Counted from the first letter of the stretch, positions 49,475 through 59,749 are shown. The stretch is DNA of 64,000 nucleotides from Clostridia bacterium (GCA_045546315.1 JAZQCN010000095.1:39342-103341), one strand, 5' to 3'. Translations and numbers: made by a program. Notes: generated by a model from the letters alone, not told the origin.

Positions 49475-50482
49475 TTATTTCATAATCTCATCAATAAAGT
49501 ATGCATTTGTATAAGAACGCTTTCCGTCCGTGCCGACAACGGTGATACGGAAGTAGTCTTCATCCTCGCGCACATCGAACACAGCACTTGTAATCAGCTT
49601 GCCGTCGCGCCACACGCGCTGAGAGCGGCGCACATTTTTAGAAATAAACGCTTCGCGCGCGGCATCAAAGGTCACATACACCTTGCCGTCCTCGTAGTAA
49701 AGCTCATGAATGTCCGGTCCGCCCTCGGAGGCGTAGAAGTTGCCGTCTAAAAGCGCTTGCATCACGGTGCGGTACTCCAGCTTTTCTGCCTTAATCATCG
49801 TATAGCCGCCGAAGGAATCATATGCGCCGCGGTTATGGTTATCGTCGGCTGCAATGGCATAAATGCGGTTGCCGAGGCGCAAAAGCTCATCGTATTCCTT
49901 GGAATTATGGTCATCATAACCCTCATAATAAGCAGCATGGTTGTAAATCTCCATCGCGTGCATATATTTAAATTTGCTGTAGGTTTCATACCCTTCGAGC
50001 GACCAGGTCGGGTGGTTGTAGGTTACAAAAAAGCCCTTATCCATCGCCGTTTTCATCATATCATTGATGCAATCTGTCGAATACACGCGTTCGTAGTCCG
50101 GCTCAGTTTCGTCAAACTTGACCTCGTCGCGGTGCAATACGGCGTTTTGCAGCTGATACTTTTCTCTGTGCCAGCACGGCTGGATATCATTGTCCGGGTC
50201 AATGGCTAAAATACACCAGTGCGCACAGCGCGTATGATTCCAGCGCTTTACATCCTCGTCAATATCGATTTCCGTGCCCAGGATGGCAAGAAAGTTTTCA
50301 TCCGTCAGCTCGTGGTGCGGAATTAAAACATTGTGGTCGGTGTACGCCACAATCGAATACCCTTGCCGCATATACGCCTTTTTGATTTCCTCCGGCGTCC
50401 AGCGGCCGTCCGAATAGGTCGAGTGGCAATGTAAATTTGCCTTATAAAATGTGCCGCTCTCCGGCAATAAGTACTTTTTCAT
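49475..50482 (-). CDS. PHP-domain metallohydrolase (CehA/McbA-like)
   Basis: KANLHCHSTYSDG, YTDHN, NHP, EIYN, ADDNH. Confidence 0.85.
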   Translation of the reverse strand: MKKYLLPESGTFYKANLHCHSTYSDGRWTPEEIKKAYMRQGYSIVAYTDHNVLIPHHELTDENFLAILGTEIDIDEDVKRWNHTRCAHWCILAIDPDNDIQPCWHREKYQLQNAVLHRDEVKFDETEPDYERVYSTDCINDMMKTAMDKGFFVTYNHPTWSLEGYETYSKFKYMHAMEIYNHAAYYEGYDDHNSKEYDELLRLGNRIYAIAADDNHNRGAYDSFGGYTMIKAEKLEYRTVMQALLDGNFYASEGGPDIHELYYEDGKVYVTFDAAREAFISKNVRRSQRVWRDGKLITSAVFDVREDEDYFRITVVGTDGKRSYTNAYFIDEIMK

Positions 50483-50622
50483 TTTGCTCACCTCTGTGCC
50501 TTCATTGTAGCACAAATGTGCAAAATTGCAATGTTTTTTTGTAACTATTTCCTGTCTTTTTGTAACGGATTGACTTTTTTCATCCAGTATGCTAAACTCA
50601 TTTGCAAAGGGAGTGACTATCT

Positions 50623-51843
50623 ATGAAACCAATGATTATTCTGCCGGATACCGTGTATATCCTGCGCGAAAAAACAAACCAGGACATTGCGCCGCAGCGC
50701 GAGGAGTATAACATTTACTACAAAAACATTCTGTTCCCGTATACCGAGGATTTCGATGTGAAAATCGACTGTGCCTACGGTAAAAATTTAGGGCATTGCT
50801 GGAGACTGGATACCTTTGGCGAGGAAAACGATTTTCCGCTGCGCATCCGCATCTATCTGCACGCAGAGCTTTTGGCGGACAAGACCGTAAATATTCATCT
50901 AACCGAGCGCACCGAAAAAAAGGCGAGCCTTCTGTGCATCGGCGATTCGATGACGCGCGGTGAGGAGTATGTATTCCAGGCGGCATGGAAATCGGAAAAC
51001 ACCGATACCGTCGGTACAAGACAATTACGCTATGCAAACCACGAAGGCAGAGGCGGCTGGAGAATTCAGTTTTACTTAGAGCGCTTTTGGGATAACAGAG
51101 GCGATGTGTCTCCGTTTTTGTTCCCGAAGGGCATTGCCGCAAAGGACTACTACGGCAGCTACGATTTTTGGGAAAGAGTGCACGAAACGCCAAACTCCTA
51201 CTACACCGCCGGCTACACCTACTCCCCAATTGCCGAGGGTATGTATGCGATGAAGGACGGCGCATTATGTAAGTTTGAAAACGGTGCATTTACTGTTGTA
51301 GATGAAAATCCGGATTTTGAATTCAATTTTGAAAAATACCTTGAAAAGCACAACTTTGACCGCCCGGACATCGTCACCTTCCTGTTCGGCGCAAATGAGC
51401 TGCAAATGACAGCGTATGAGGATTCCGAAAAGGACATTGCCGCAATGCTGGCGCGCTACGAAACCATTATCGGGTACATTAAAAAAGACAATACCAAAAT
51501 CGTAATCAACCTGCCAGTCTGCGGCGCAGACCAGTACTGCTGGGGTATGGGCTGTGGCTGCAGAAGTACGGTAAAGCAGTACGATTACAACATCAAAATG
51601 CTTTCCAAGGCCATTATTGAAAAATATGGAAACCGCGAAGCCGAGGGCTACTTCGTTTGCCCGATGCTCGCCGTATGCGATCCGGAAAACGGATTTACAA
51701 GCAGCGTGACCATCGACAGTCTCTATACCGAGCACCAGTCCCGCCACCTGAACAACTGGGTGCATCCGAGCGGTAATGTCGGCTACAAGCAAATGGGTGA
51801 TGCCCTTGCAGGCGTCGTTTGCAGAATTAAAGAGGATATGTAA
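50623..51843 (+). CDS. SGNH/GDSL hydrolase with insertion domain
   Basis: IGDSMT, HEGRGGW, FGANE, NWVHP. Confidence 0.8.
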   Translation: MKPMIILPDTVYILREKTNQDIAPQREEYNIYYKNILFPYTEDFDVKIDCAYGKNLGHCWRLDTFGEENDFPLRIRIYLHAELLADKTVNIHLTERTEKKASLLCIGDSMTRGEEYVFQAAWKSENTDTVGTRQLRYANHEGRGGWRIQFYLERFWDNRGDVSPFLFPKGIAAKDYYGSYDFWERVHETPNSYYTAGYTYSPIAEGMYAMKDGALCKFENGAFTVVDENPDFEFNFEKYLEKHNFDRPDIVTFLFGANELQMTAYEDSEKDIAAMLARYETIIGYIKKDNTKIVINLPVCGADQYCWGMGCGCRSTVKQYDYNIKMLSKAIIEKYGNREAEGYFVCPMLAVCDPENGFTSSVTIDSLYTEHQSRHLNNWVHPSGNVGYKQMGDALAGVVCRIKEDM

Positions 51844-51882
51844 ACAAAAAAACAGAGAAACGAGGGTTTCTCTGTTTTTTGT

Positions 51883-52173
51883 TTACAGCAATACCTTCAC
51901 GATTTCCGGATGGTTTACATCGCCTGCATTGAGTGCACGAATTTCCTCCAAGGTCATTTCTGCAATACTGCCTTCTGCGCCGGTGGTTCTGACTACCGCA
52001 GCATCGTGCATCAAAACCAGATAACCATCCTTGGAAAGGCGGACATCTGTTTCAATCATATCTGCACCCACCTCGATGGATTTTTCAAATGCAGTTATGG
52101 TATTTTCATAATAGTTATACGAATCGCCTCTGTGCGCAGCAACCGTCATCGCATGTTTGTATGGTAATCTCAT
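51883..52173 (-). pseudogene. 3'-truncated glycerophosphodiester phosphodiesterase
   Basis: AAHRG, ENT, IETDVRLSKDG, VLMHD present; stops at 96 aa just before the usual IPTLEE and the rest of the barrel, with no continuation seen. Confidence 0.75.
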
Positions 52174-53435
52174 AAGTCTTCCCCACCGAATAAATCATAA
52201 TATAGCCACAAAACCGTATATCGGTCCTTTAATTCCTTTGCATATAAAATCGCGTTTTTGATCTTCTCTTCGCCGTATAGCCCGGTAAATGCTTTCATAT
52301 CCAGGCCGACAAGCGCCAGCAGCGCTTGCAGCTTCTCTGCCTTCGGCATTTCTGCAAGTACTGTACGGATTTTATCTTCCTTCTCCTTGTAAATCGGCAG
52401 TCTGTTTGCCACATAGTTGCCGACCTTCTCCTGAAGCTCAATACACCCCTTTGCTGCACTACCGTAGATTTCCTGCATTTTCTTTTCGTATGCCTCGCGT
52501 GCTTCTCTGTAGATTGCATTCGGAAAAGCTTTCTGCACAAGCTTTTCACGAAGTGCCGCCGTTGCAACAGTGGAATATACAACATCAATACCGTGTGCAA
52601 GGTACGGCTCGTTTTTCTCTATGCCAACAATTTCAAAATAGTGCGATAAGTGATGTTCACTGCCGGATGCCGGGCGCGACGAACCTGCAAAGCTCATCAT
52701 AATGCCGACGATGATGAGCGCCTCCATCAATTTTTTTACGCTTTCTTCATCCCGCGCCGCAATTCCCTTTGCGGCGAACACAACCGCATCAATCTGCGCA
52801 TAAGTGGTATCGTAAATATAATCACAAAAATACTCATTATTCACCACACGCGAGAGCTTCCAATCATTTAGAGCAGAATACTTGCCGAGGATATCGCCGT
52901 AGCCTGCCTGCAGCATTTCGTACGGTGCAGCCGCAAGTACCTGTGTGTCGGCAACGATTGTTTTCGGAAGTCCTGCCTTTTCCGTTACCTTCATACCACC
53001 CAAAATCATTGCCGCACCGTCGGAAGCATAGCCGTCCATTGAAGGTGCGGTCGCAACAACCATATACGGCACACCTTCTCTGCTCGACACACATTTGCAC
53101 AAGTCCTGAATTACACCTGAGCCGATACCGACGATTAAATCTATGCCGACAAGCTTTTCCGTTACCGCATCAATGGCAACCTCGTTCGGAATCAAAACAG
53201 TCTTGCCGCTGAAAATGACCTTTTCAACCGCCTTAGCTGTAAGCGCCGCTTCCGTTTGCACACCTGCTGCGGCATAAGTATTTTCATCTGCCACAAGCAA
53301 AATCTTGTTATACTGCGCACACAGTTGCGCTAAATGCGCAATTGCGCCACGTTCGATATGCACCGCTTCAATCGGGCAGGTGTGGCGCTTACCACAGCCA
53401 CAATCCATTCCTTTTAATATTTCATTGATGTTCAT
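52170..53435 (-). CDS. sn-glycerol-1-phosphate dehydrogenase (EgsA/AraM family)
   Basis: CGCGKRH, GIGSGVIQD, TAPSMDGYAS, SRPASGSEHHLSH, HG. Confidence 0.9.
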   Translation of the reverse strand: MNINEILKGMDCGCGKRHTCPIEAVHIERGAIAHLAQLCAQYNKILLVADENTYAAAGVQTEAALTAKAVEKVIFSGKTVLIPNEVAIDAVTEKLVGIDLIVGIGSGVIQDLCKCVSSREGVPYMVVATAPSMDGYASDGAAMILGGMKVTEKAGLPKTIVADTQVLAAAPYEMLQAGYGDILGKYSALNDWKLSRVVNNEYFCDYIYDTTYAQIDAVVFAAKGIAARDEESVKKLMEALIIVGIMMSFAGSSRPASGSEHHLSHYFEIVGIEKNEPYLAHGIDVVYSTVATAALREKLVQKAFPNAIYREAREAYEKKMQEIYGSAAKGCIELQEKVGNYVANRLPIYKEKEDKIRTVLAEMPKAEKLQALLALVGLDMKAFTGLYGEEKIKNAILYAKELKDRYTVLWLYYDLFGGEDL

Positions 53436-53584
53436 ACACAGCCCTCTTTCAAAAAAGCTTTACTTTTTTTCACGGCTACAGTATAATAAAACCGTCAAAA
53501 TAAATCAAGAATACGCCATAAATCAGTCATATAATTGACAAAGCGCCACTTTTAGCGGCTCGAACAATCAAAATCAAGCAAAGG

Positions 53585-54346
53585 ATGAATACGATGCTCA
53601 AAAACGAACGCTTACGCGAAATTGTGAATATACTCAGCACACAAAACGGTTTTGCAACCGTAGCGCAGCTTTGCGCTACGCTCTACGCAAGCGAATCCAG
53701 CATACGCAGAGATTTAAGCGCTCTCGAAAGCCGCGGCTTAATCAAACGCAGCTACGGCGGCGCAGAGCTGATTTACAGCGCGTCCAACGTAGTTGCCTTT
53801 CATCAGCGCGCGCACGAGAACACAGCGGCAAAAAAGGCAATTGCAAAAAAGGCCGCCGCTCTAGTAAAAGACGGCGATATCGTTTTTATCGACCAATCAT
53901 CAAGCGCATACTACCTTGCAGAGTTACTCAGAAGCAAAAACAACCTAACCGTTGTTACCAATGCCATTCAGGTCATCAACCTGCTTGCAGATACGGACAT
54001 TAAAGTCATCTCCTCCGGCGGGCAATTAAGCCGCGAAAACCGCACGTGCCTGATTGGTGCGGATGCGTGCCTCGCTTTTGAAAACACCTATGCCGACATC
54101 GCTTTTTTCTCAACCAAATCCCTCGCTGAAGACGGCACAATTTCCGACTGCACGCGCGAGGAAACTTTCGTGCGAAAGCCGATGCTGAAAAACGCGGCGA
54201 AAAAGGTGTTTTTATGTGACAGCACAAAGCTTTGCACGCGCTCTGCGTATGTGCAATGCACACTAAAGGATGTAGACTACCTTATCTGTGAAAATGAAAA
54301 AGCGCAGGCATTTTCTGCCTGCGCCAAAAATCTGATTATTTTATAA
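53585..54346 (+). CDS. DeoR/GlpR family transcriptional regulator
   Basis: SESSIRRDLSALE...RSYGGA; VVTNA; CDSTK. Confidence 0.92.
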   Translation: MNTMLKNERLREIVNILSTQNGFATVAQLCATLYASESSIRRDLSALESRGLIKRSYGGAELIYSASNVVAFHQRAHENTAAKKAIAKKAAALVKDGDIVFIDQSSSAYYLAELLRSKNNLTVVTNAIQVINLLADTDIKVISSGGQLSRENRTCLIGADACLAFENTYADIAFFSTKSLAEDGTISDCTREETFVRKPMLKNAAKKVFLCDSTKLCTRSAYVQCTLKDVDYLICENEKAQAFSACAKNLIIL

Positions 54347-55135
54347 TTACTGCAAGTCCTCGTAAATTGCGCGGATATTGTCATAGACAAATTCCGGCTT
54401 TACCTCGCTTTTTTCCAAATCCTCCAGCGTACCTTCACCGGAGAGCACGAAAATACTGCTGATACCGGCGTTTACACCGCAAGCAATATCCGTATAGAGT
54501 CTGTCGCCAATCACGACAGCCTCTTCTTTTTTATACCCCGTCTTATCCAGTGCAAGCTCTACCATCGCCGGCTGCGGCTTGCCGATAAAGGTCGGGCGGC
54601 GCTTCGTTGCAGTATAAAGCATTTCGCTCACTGAGCCGCAATCCGGCACAAAACCGTACCAGGTCGGGCAAACCCAGTCCGGGTTGGTTGCAATATAGTC
54701 CACGCCTCTGCCAAGAAGGATGCATGCATCCTCGAGCTTTTGATATGTAAGCTCCGTATCGTAGCCCATACATAAACAATCAATATCTTCCTCCAGCTTG
54801 TCCGTCACCGGCAAACCGGCAGCTTCAAGCTGGCCGATAAAGGATTTTGTGCCAAAGGCATAAATCTTGTGATAATTCTGCTTTTTCAAGTGCACAACCG
54901 TTGCGTGCACAGAGGTTAAAAAGTCATCATCCGTTGCGGTGATGCCGAGCTTTGCGAGCTTTTCAACATACTTATCCACGCCCTTGGACGAGTTGTTTGT
55001 CAAAAAGATGTATCTGCCGCCAATTTTTTTTACATGCTCCAAAAAATCGAGCGTACCGTCAAAAAGGTCATTGTCTAAATAAATCGTACCGTCCATATCT
55101 AATAAAAACAGCTTTTTCTCTTTTAATGTGCCCAT
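54347..55135 (-). CDS. HAD-IIA family phosphatase (NagD/AraL-like)
   Basis: LDMDGTIY, FLTNNS, IGKP, IGDRLYTDI. Confidence 0.92.
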   Translation of the reverse strand: MGTLKEKKLFLLDMDGTIYLDNDLFDGTLDFLEHVKKIGGRYIFLTNNSSKGVDKYVEKLAKLGITATDDDFLTSVHATVVHLKKQNYHKIYAFGTKSFIGQLEAAGLPVTDKLEEDIDCLCMGYDTELTYQKLEDACILLGRGVDYIATNPDWVCPTWYGFVPDCGSVSEMLYTATKRRPTFIGKPQPAMVELALDKTGYKKEEAVVIGDRLYTDIACGVNAGISSIFVLSGEGTLEDLEKSEVKPEFVYDNIRAIYEDLQ

Positions 55136-55184
55136 AATTTTTTCCTTTCTGCATAGACCATCACCAAATTTACCGTCGAAAAAA

Positions 55185-55225
55185 ATGCATCAAAATAATA
55201 AACCATGTTTATCATTTTGATGCAT
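55185..55225 (-). terminator. Long hairpin with U-tract between the Ntn-hydrolase and HAD genes
   Basis: ATGCATCAAAATAATAAAC-CAT-GTTTATCATTTTGATGCAT (18/19 paired). Confidence 0.6.
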
Positions 55226-55277
55226 CTCCGTTTCTCCTGTGTATCAGTCTATCATAACTTCACTAAAAACGCAAGTT

Positions 55278-56330
55278 TTACTTTAAAGAAATTTTGAACT
55301 TGTCCATTTTATAGCCTTCAAATGCGCCATCTTCACGCACAGCTACAACCTCGAGCTTCCCCTCTTTAAGTAAGGTGCGCACCACTTCATACAGCACCGG
55401 CTCTTTCTGCCCTACCACACCTTCCGGCCAAAGACCTTCAAATGCGTCAAGCGCTTCCCATAAAGCAACCGGCGCACCGTTTTTTTCCTTAAGATATGCT
55501 ATAAGGCGGTGATACGCCTCAATCCAGATGTCCGGCGTATTCGGTGCGATGTTGTGAATTTTCAGCGGCTCTGTTGCAACGCGGTAACCACCTTCAAACA
55601 CTTCAAAGGTCGTTGCCGGCGGCAACATTTCTATTGTATGAAACTCCACATCCTCCGGAAAGGCAAGTGCCGTTGTCGCAAGATAGGTTTCGCCGTCTGT
55701 TGTGATACCGATCATCATCGGATAGTTGATTCTGGTCACAAAAATACTGCGCGGATTTTCCTTGCGGATGATAAGACCGACTACCTCACTCGGAAACTCC
55801 GAGTTTGCCTTGCTCATCGCCGCAGTCGGCGAAAGACCTTCATCCATCAGGCAAGCGATATACTGGCACATCAAATCGCTCATATGAATGGCAGTGCCAT
55901 CCGCAAGTGCCGGATAATCGCCGATTACGCCTTCACATCTTGAAAGAAAGTTATAGCCCTTTGCTTCCAATTCCAGCGCAAGCGCACAGCGCTTTTCCTT
56001 CATTTCCTCGGTTAAAAATACGCCTGCCGCGCCATTGGCAATATAGGAAACATCGCCATCCTTTGCTAAAAACGGCTGTCCCCACTCTACACCGCCGCCG
56101 GATTTGGAACGACTGTGCAAAAAGCCCATTGTGCCCGGATAGTGTAAAGCATCGGTTTCATTAAGTAAGTTCTGCATATCACCGATGACCTTTGCGCTGT
56201 GCATACTTACGCCATCGTGCGTCGTAATACCGGTATAATATCCACCGGCAAAGCCTTCCTGCTTTTTCATCATCGCGCACAAAATCGGTGCCGCATCTTT
56301 TTTACCAATATACCCCGCTATATTACACAT
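55278..56330 (-). CDS. Stand-alone class II glutamine amidotransferase-like Ntn hydrolase
   Basis: N-terminal MCNIAGYIG nucleophile Cys, HSRS, QPF, ANG; no SIS or synthase domain. Confidence 0.75.
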   Translation of the reverse strand: MCNIAGYIGKKDAAPILCAMMKKQEGFAGGYYTGITTHDGVSMHSAKVIGDMQNLLNETDALHYPGTMGFLHSRSKSGGGVEWGQPFLAKDGDVSYIANGAAGVFLTEEMKEKRCALALELEAKGYNFLSRCEGVIGDYPALADGTAIHMSDLMCQYIACLMDEGLSPTAAMSKANSEFPSEVVGLIIRKENPRSIFVTRINYPMMIGITTDGETYLATTALAFPEDVEFHTIEMLPPATTFEVFEGGYRVATEPLKIHNIAPNTPDIWIEAYHRLIAYLKEKNGAPVALWEALDAFEGLWPEGVVGQKEPVLYEVVRTLLKEGKLEVVAVREDGAFEGYKMDKFKISLK

Positions 56331-56341
56331 AGTCTGTCACC

Positions 56342-57391
56342 TCAAATTTCTGCAACACAACCGTTGTCCGAAGCGGCATATGCTGTCTCGATAATCTTTT
56401 GTACAAAGATGCCGTCCTCTGCCGTAATCTCCGGCGCTGTGTCGTTTATAATTGCATTGGCAAACGACGAGATTTCCTTTTCATACATATTGCCACCTGC
56501 ATTAACTTCGACAAGGTGTGCTGCATTTCCTTCTCTGTTTTGCTGTGCATCGTAGCCTGCGTCCGCACTCATCGTCAGCTCCAACTTGCCGGTTTCATCC
56601 TGCCCGATGGTGCCCTCTGCCAGAATGCTGCCCTTCGTGCCGTAAAACTCCATCCGGCAATGCGCCGCATCATCCGGAATGTTAAAGTTTGCATCCACAT
56701 ACGCGGTCGAGCCGTTGTCCATCTTCATCAAAAGTGCCGCAGAATCATCTACTGCATAATTAAAGGTCTGGCTCTGCGCAAAGCAGGTCAGCTTTTTCGC
56801 CTTCAAACCGCTGATGTACTGCAAAAGGTCGATGCAATGCACGCCCATATCCATCAGCGCACCGCCGCCGGACTTGTTTTTGTCCTGGCGCCAGCTGCCC
56901 GGAATTTCCGGATACCAGCAGGTAAACTGCGCGCGCATGGAAACCACATCGCCGATTGCTCCATCTGCAATCAATGCCTTCATCTTCTGATGGTATGCAG
57001 AAAAACGCATCATCAAACCAACGCCGAGCTTCACGCCCTTTGCTTTGCAATACTCCGCAATTTCCTGCGAATCCGCAACAGAAAGCCCCATCGGCTTTTC
57101 CAAAAGAATGTGCTTTTTTGCATCCGCAGCCGCCATTGCCTGTTCTTTATGGCAAAATACCGGCGTTGCAATATATACCGCATCAACTTCATCTAAAGCG
57201 AGCACTTCTTCAACGGTTGCAAAGGCATACTTTGCGCCGAATTCGTCCTTTGCTTTTTGTGCGGCGTCAAAGTTTGTATCCATTACGGCAACCAGCTCGC
57301 TGTTTTCCGAAAGCATCATACCCGGAATCGTGCGGCGGTATGCAATACCGCCACAGCCGATTACGCCCCATTTAATCTTCAAATCAAACAC
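56342..57391 (-). CDS. Gfo/Idh/MocA family oxidoreductase
   Basis: GVIGCGGIA, LLEKPMG, GGALMDMGVHCID. Confidence 0.92.
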   Translation of the reverse strand: MFDLKIKWGVIGCGGIAYRRTIPGMMLSENSELVAVMDTNFDAAQKAKDEFGAKYAFATVEEVLALDEVDAVYIATPVFCHKEQAMAAADAKKHILLEKPMGLSVADSQEIAEYCKAKGVKLGVGLMMRFSAYHQKMKALIADGAIGDVVSMRAQFTCWYPEIPGSWRQDKNKSGGGALMDMGVHCIDLLQYISGLKAKKLTCFAQSQTFNYAVDDSAALLMKMDNGSTAYVDANFNIPDDAAHCRMEFYGTKGSILAEGTIGQDETGKLELTMSADAGYDAQQNREGNAAHLVEVNAGGNMYEKEISSFANAIINDTAPEITAEDGIFVQKIIETAYAASDNGCVAEI

Positions 57392-58694
57392 CTCTCTGCA
57401 TTTCGTCTACCGATTCCAATACAGCATCCGCCATATACTCAAGCTGTTCGTCGCTTAAGCCGTACAGCGGCAGATGTGTAAATCTCTTATAGAATACCTC
57501 TTCGCAATTCGGGCAGGTCTTTGCGATTTCATCCGAATCGTAGCCCATATCCTGCACAACCTTGAAGCGGTAAAGCGGACCGAAGTGCGCAATCTGGGTT
57601 ACGCCCTTTTCCTCGAGCTTCTTTTTAAGCACCTGCACATCGCCGCCTGCCTTTGCAGGATCGATCTGCAACAGATAAAGGTGGAATGTCGGCTTCAGTT
57701 CATCATTGCCCAGATCCTGCGCAATAATCGCATCGTTGCCGGCAAAGCGCTCTGTCAGATACTTTGCCGCTCTCGCTCTTTCAGCGATAATTTCTTCATT
57801 ACGCGCAATCTGCAGGGTAAGACCGAGACCCTGAATTTCCGTTGTAGAGGAGTTGCCTGCAACAAACGGCGCTTCCTTACCCGGGATTGGTGTAATGTTG
57901 TAGAGCCAATCCTTGATCGGGCAGCTGAAATCCAGACCGAGGAAACGCGCGCGCTTCATATCCGGACCAAAACCCGGAATGGTTGTGGTTAAGATACCAC
58001 CTTCACCGAAGGAGGTGATATTTTTAACCTCGTGCATAGAAAATGCCGCAAAATCACCGATTGTACCGATTTTCTTGCCCTTATACATTGCGCCGAATGC
58101 GTGCGCAGCATCTTCTAATACGAGAATGTTGTGCTTCTTTGCAAGCTCCATAATCGGATCCATATCCACCGGATAACCGCCGATATGTACCGGAACAATC
58201 ATCTTGGTTTTCGGCGTAATCTTTCTCGCAACATCTGCCGGCTCCATATTGATAGTTTTCGGATCAACATCCGCAAATACGAGCTTACAACCGATCGAAA
58301 GCGGATAAGCCATCGTTGCAACAAAGGTAATCGCCGGAACGATAACCTCGTCGCCTGCCTTTAGGTTTGCATACTTATATGCAATTTCAAAGCCTGCGGT
58401 TGCATTGGTTACAAAGGTAGAAGTCTCTGTGCCGAGATATTCGTTGCAAGCCTTTTCCGCCGCCTCTACCTTGCTGCCGAGCGAAAGCTTGCCCGGCGGC
58501 GTTGCGAGTGCATCCAGCTTTTTCACCTGCTGCCACACAGCCTCGAGCGCCGCATCATACTCTGCACCCTCGCCCTGCATCAAAAAGCGGATAATTTCCA
58601 TCAAGTCTGCCACATTGTAGTTTTCACCGACTGCCGCCCACGGTACCTTTGTCGCGCCCGTGTTATAGCGAAAATCTGTTGTTTGTTTTCCCAT
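57384..58694 (-). CDS. DegT/DnrJ/EryC1/StrS family PLP aminotransferase
   Basis: VPAITFVAT, PVHIGG, EDAAHAFG, FSMHEVKN...GEGG. Confidence 0.9.
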   Translation of the reverse strand: MGKQTTDFRYNTGATKVPWAAVGENYNVADLMEIIRFLMQGEGAEYDAALEAVWQQVKKLDALATPPGKLSLGSKVEAAEKACNEYLGTETSTFVTNATAGFEIAYKYANLKAGDEVIVPAITFVATMAYPLSIGCKLVFADVDPKTINMEPADVARKITPKTKMIVPVHIGGYPVDMDPIMELAKKHNILVLEDAAHAFGAMYKGKKIGTIGDFAAFSMHEVKNITSFGEGGILTTTIPGFGPDMKRARFLGLDFSCPIKDWLYNITPIPGKEAPFVAGNSSTTEIQGLGLTLQIARNEEIIAERARAAKYLTERFAGNDAIIAQDLGNDELKPTFHLYLLQIDPAKAGGDVQVLKKKLEEKGVTQIAHFGPLYRFKVVQDMGYDSDEIAKTCPNCEEVFYKRFTHLPLYGLSDEQLEYMADAVLESVDEMQRGV

Positions 58695-58865
58695 AATCTT
58701 TTTCCTCCTCATTGTATAATTTAAAATATATGCCTCGCTCTTATTGTAGCAAAATACCATCAGAAAAAAAAGATTCATTCTTCCTTGTTTTTTGTCCTAT
58801 ATTCCTTACATTTGAAATCTATTGACAAAAATCTGCTTTGTGTTAAAATAAAGGCAGGTGATTTT

Positions 58866-59693
58866 ATGCTGATTAACTATGATACAATCAAAATCAATGC
58901 TGCACTGCAGGACTTTTTTAACGCAACCGGCATCTATATGGATATGCTGAAGGCGGATTTTACCTCCGTCAGCAACCGCTTAAACTGGGCGGATAACCGC
59001 TATTGCAAGTGCGTGCAGGACACGCCGGAGGGCAAAAAAGCGTGCCGGGCTTCCGATTTAAATTTGCTTAGGCGTTGCCAAGAGGAGAAAACCCTACAAA
59101 TTCACACCTGCCACGCCGGCCTGACGGATGTGGTTGTTCCGATTTTGTACGACGACACCATCCTCGGCTACATTTTGTTCGGGCAAATTAAAACCGATAC
59201 AGATTTTAGCATGCTGCAAAGCTATATCACCTCGCTCGGTTTGGATGCCGGCGAAATGCAAAAGCTGTACCAAGCCATTCCGCTCTATACAAACGAAAAA
59301 ATCCAAAGCATTTCCAACATCGCAACTATGCTCGTAAAGCATATTCTTTTGGAAAACCTGCTGCGCCCCGACTATGATGAGAGCGTGCAAAAAGCAGTCA
59401 GCTACATTCACGAGCACTTAGACCAAACGCTTTCCATCCGTGCACTTTCCCGCGGTGCAGGTGTTTCAAAAAGTGTTCTGTACAAGAAGTTTCACGCCTG
59501 CTTTCAGTGCACGGTCAGCCAATATATTCATTTAAAGCGCGTCGAGCGTGCCGCCGAGCTTTTAAAAGCCGGCGCAATGTCCGTCGAGGAAATCGGGCGC
59601 AAGCTCGGCTTTACCAGCACCTCGTATTTCAGCAAAATCTTCAAAAAGCATATGGGTATGTCACCGCTAAACTACAAAAAATCGAAGCAATAG
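58866..59693 (+). CDS. AraC family regulator with PocR ligand-binding domain
   Basis: YCKCVQ...CRASD...CHAGL...GYILFGQ, then AraC HTH; divergent from the aminotransferase operon. Confidence 0.9.
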   Translation: MLINYDTIKINAALQDFFNATGIYMDMLKADFTSVSNRLNWADNRYCKCVQDTPEGKKACRASDLNLLRRCQEEKTLQIHTCHAGLTDVVVPILYDDTILGYILFGQIKTDTDFSMLQSYITSLGLDAGEMQKLYQAIPLYTNEKIQSISNIATMLVKHILLENLLRPDYDESVQKAVSYIHEHLDQTLSIRALSRGAGVSKSVLYKKFHACFQCTVSQYIHLKRVERAAELLKAGAMSVEEIGRKLGFTSTSYFSKIFKKHMGMSPLNYKKSKQ

Positions 59694-59749
59694 CATCGCT
59701 TTGAATAGATAATTCTTCATGCGCATAAACTAAAGCAAAACTGCCTTAG

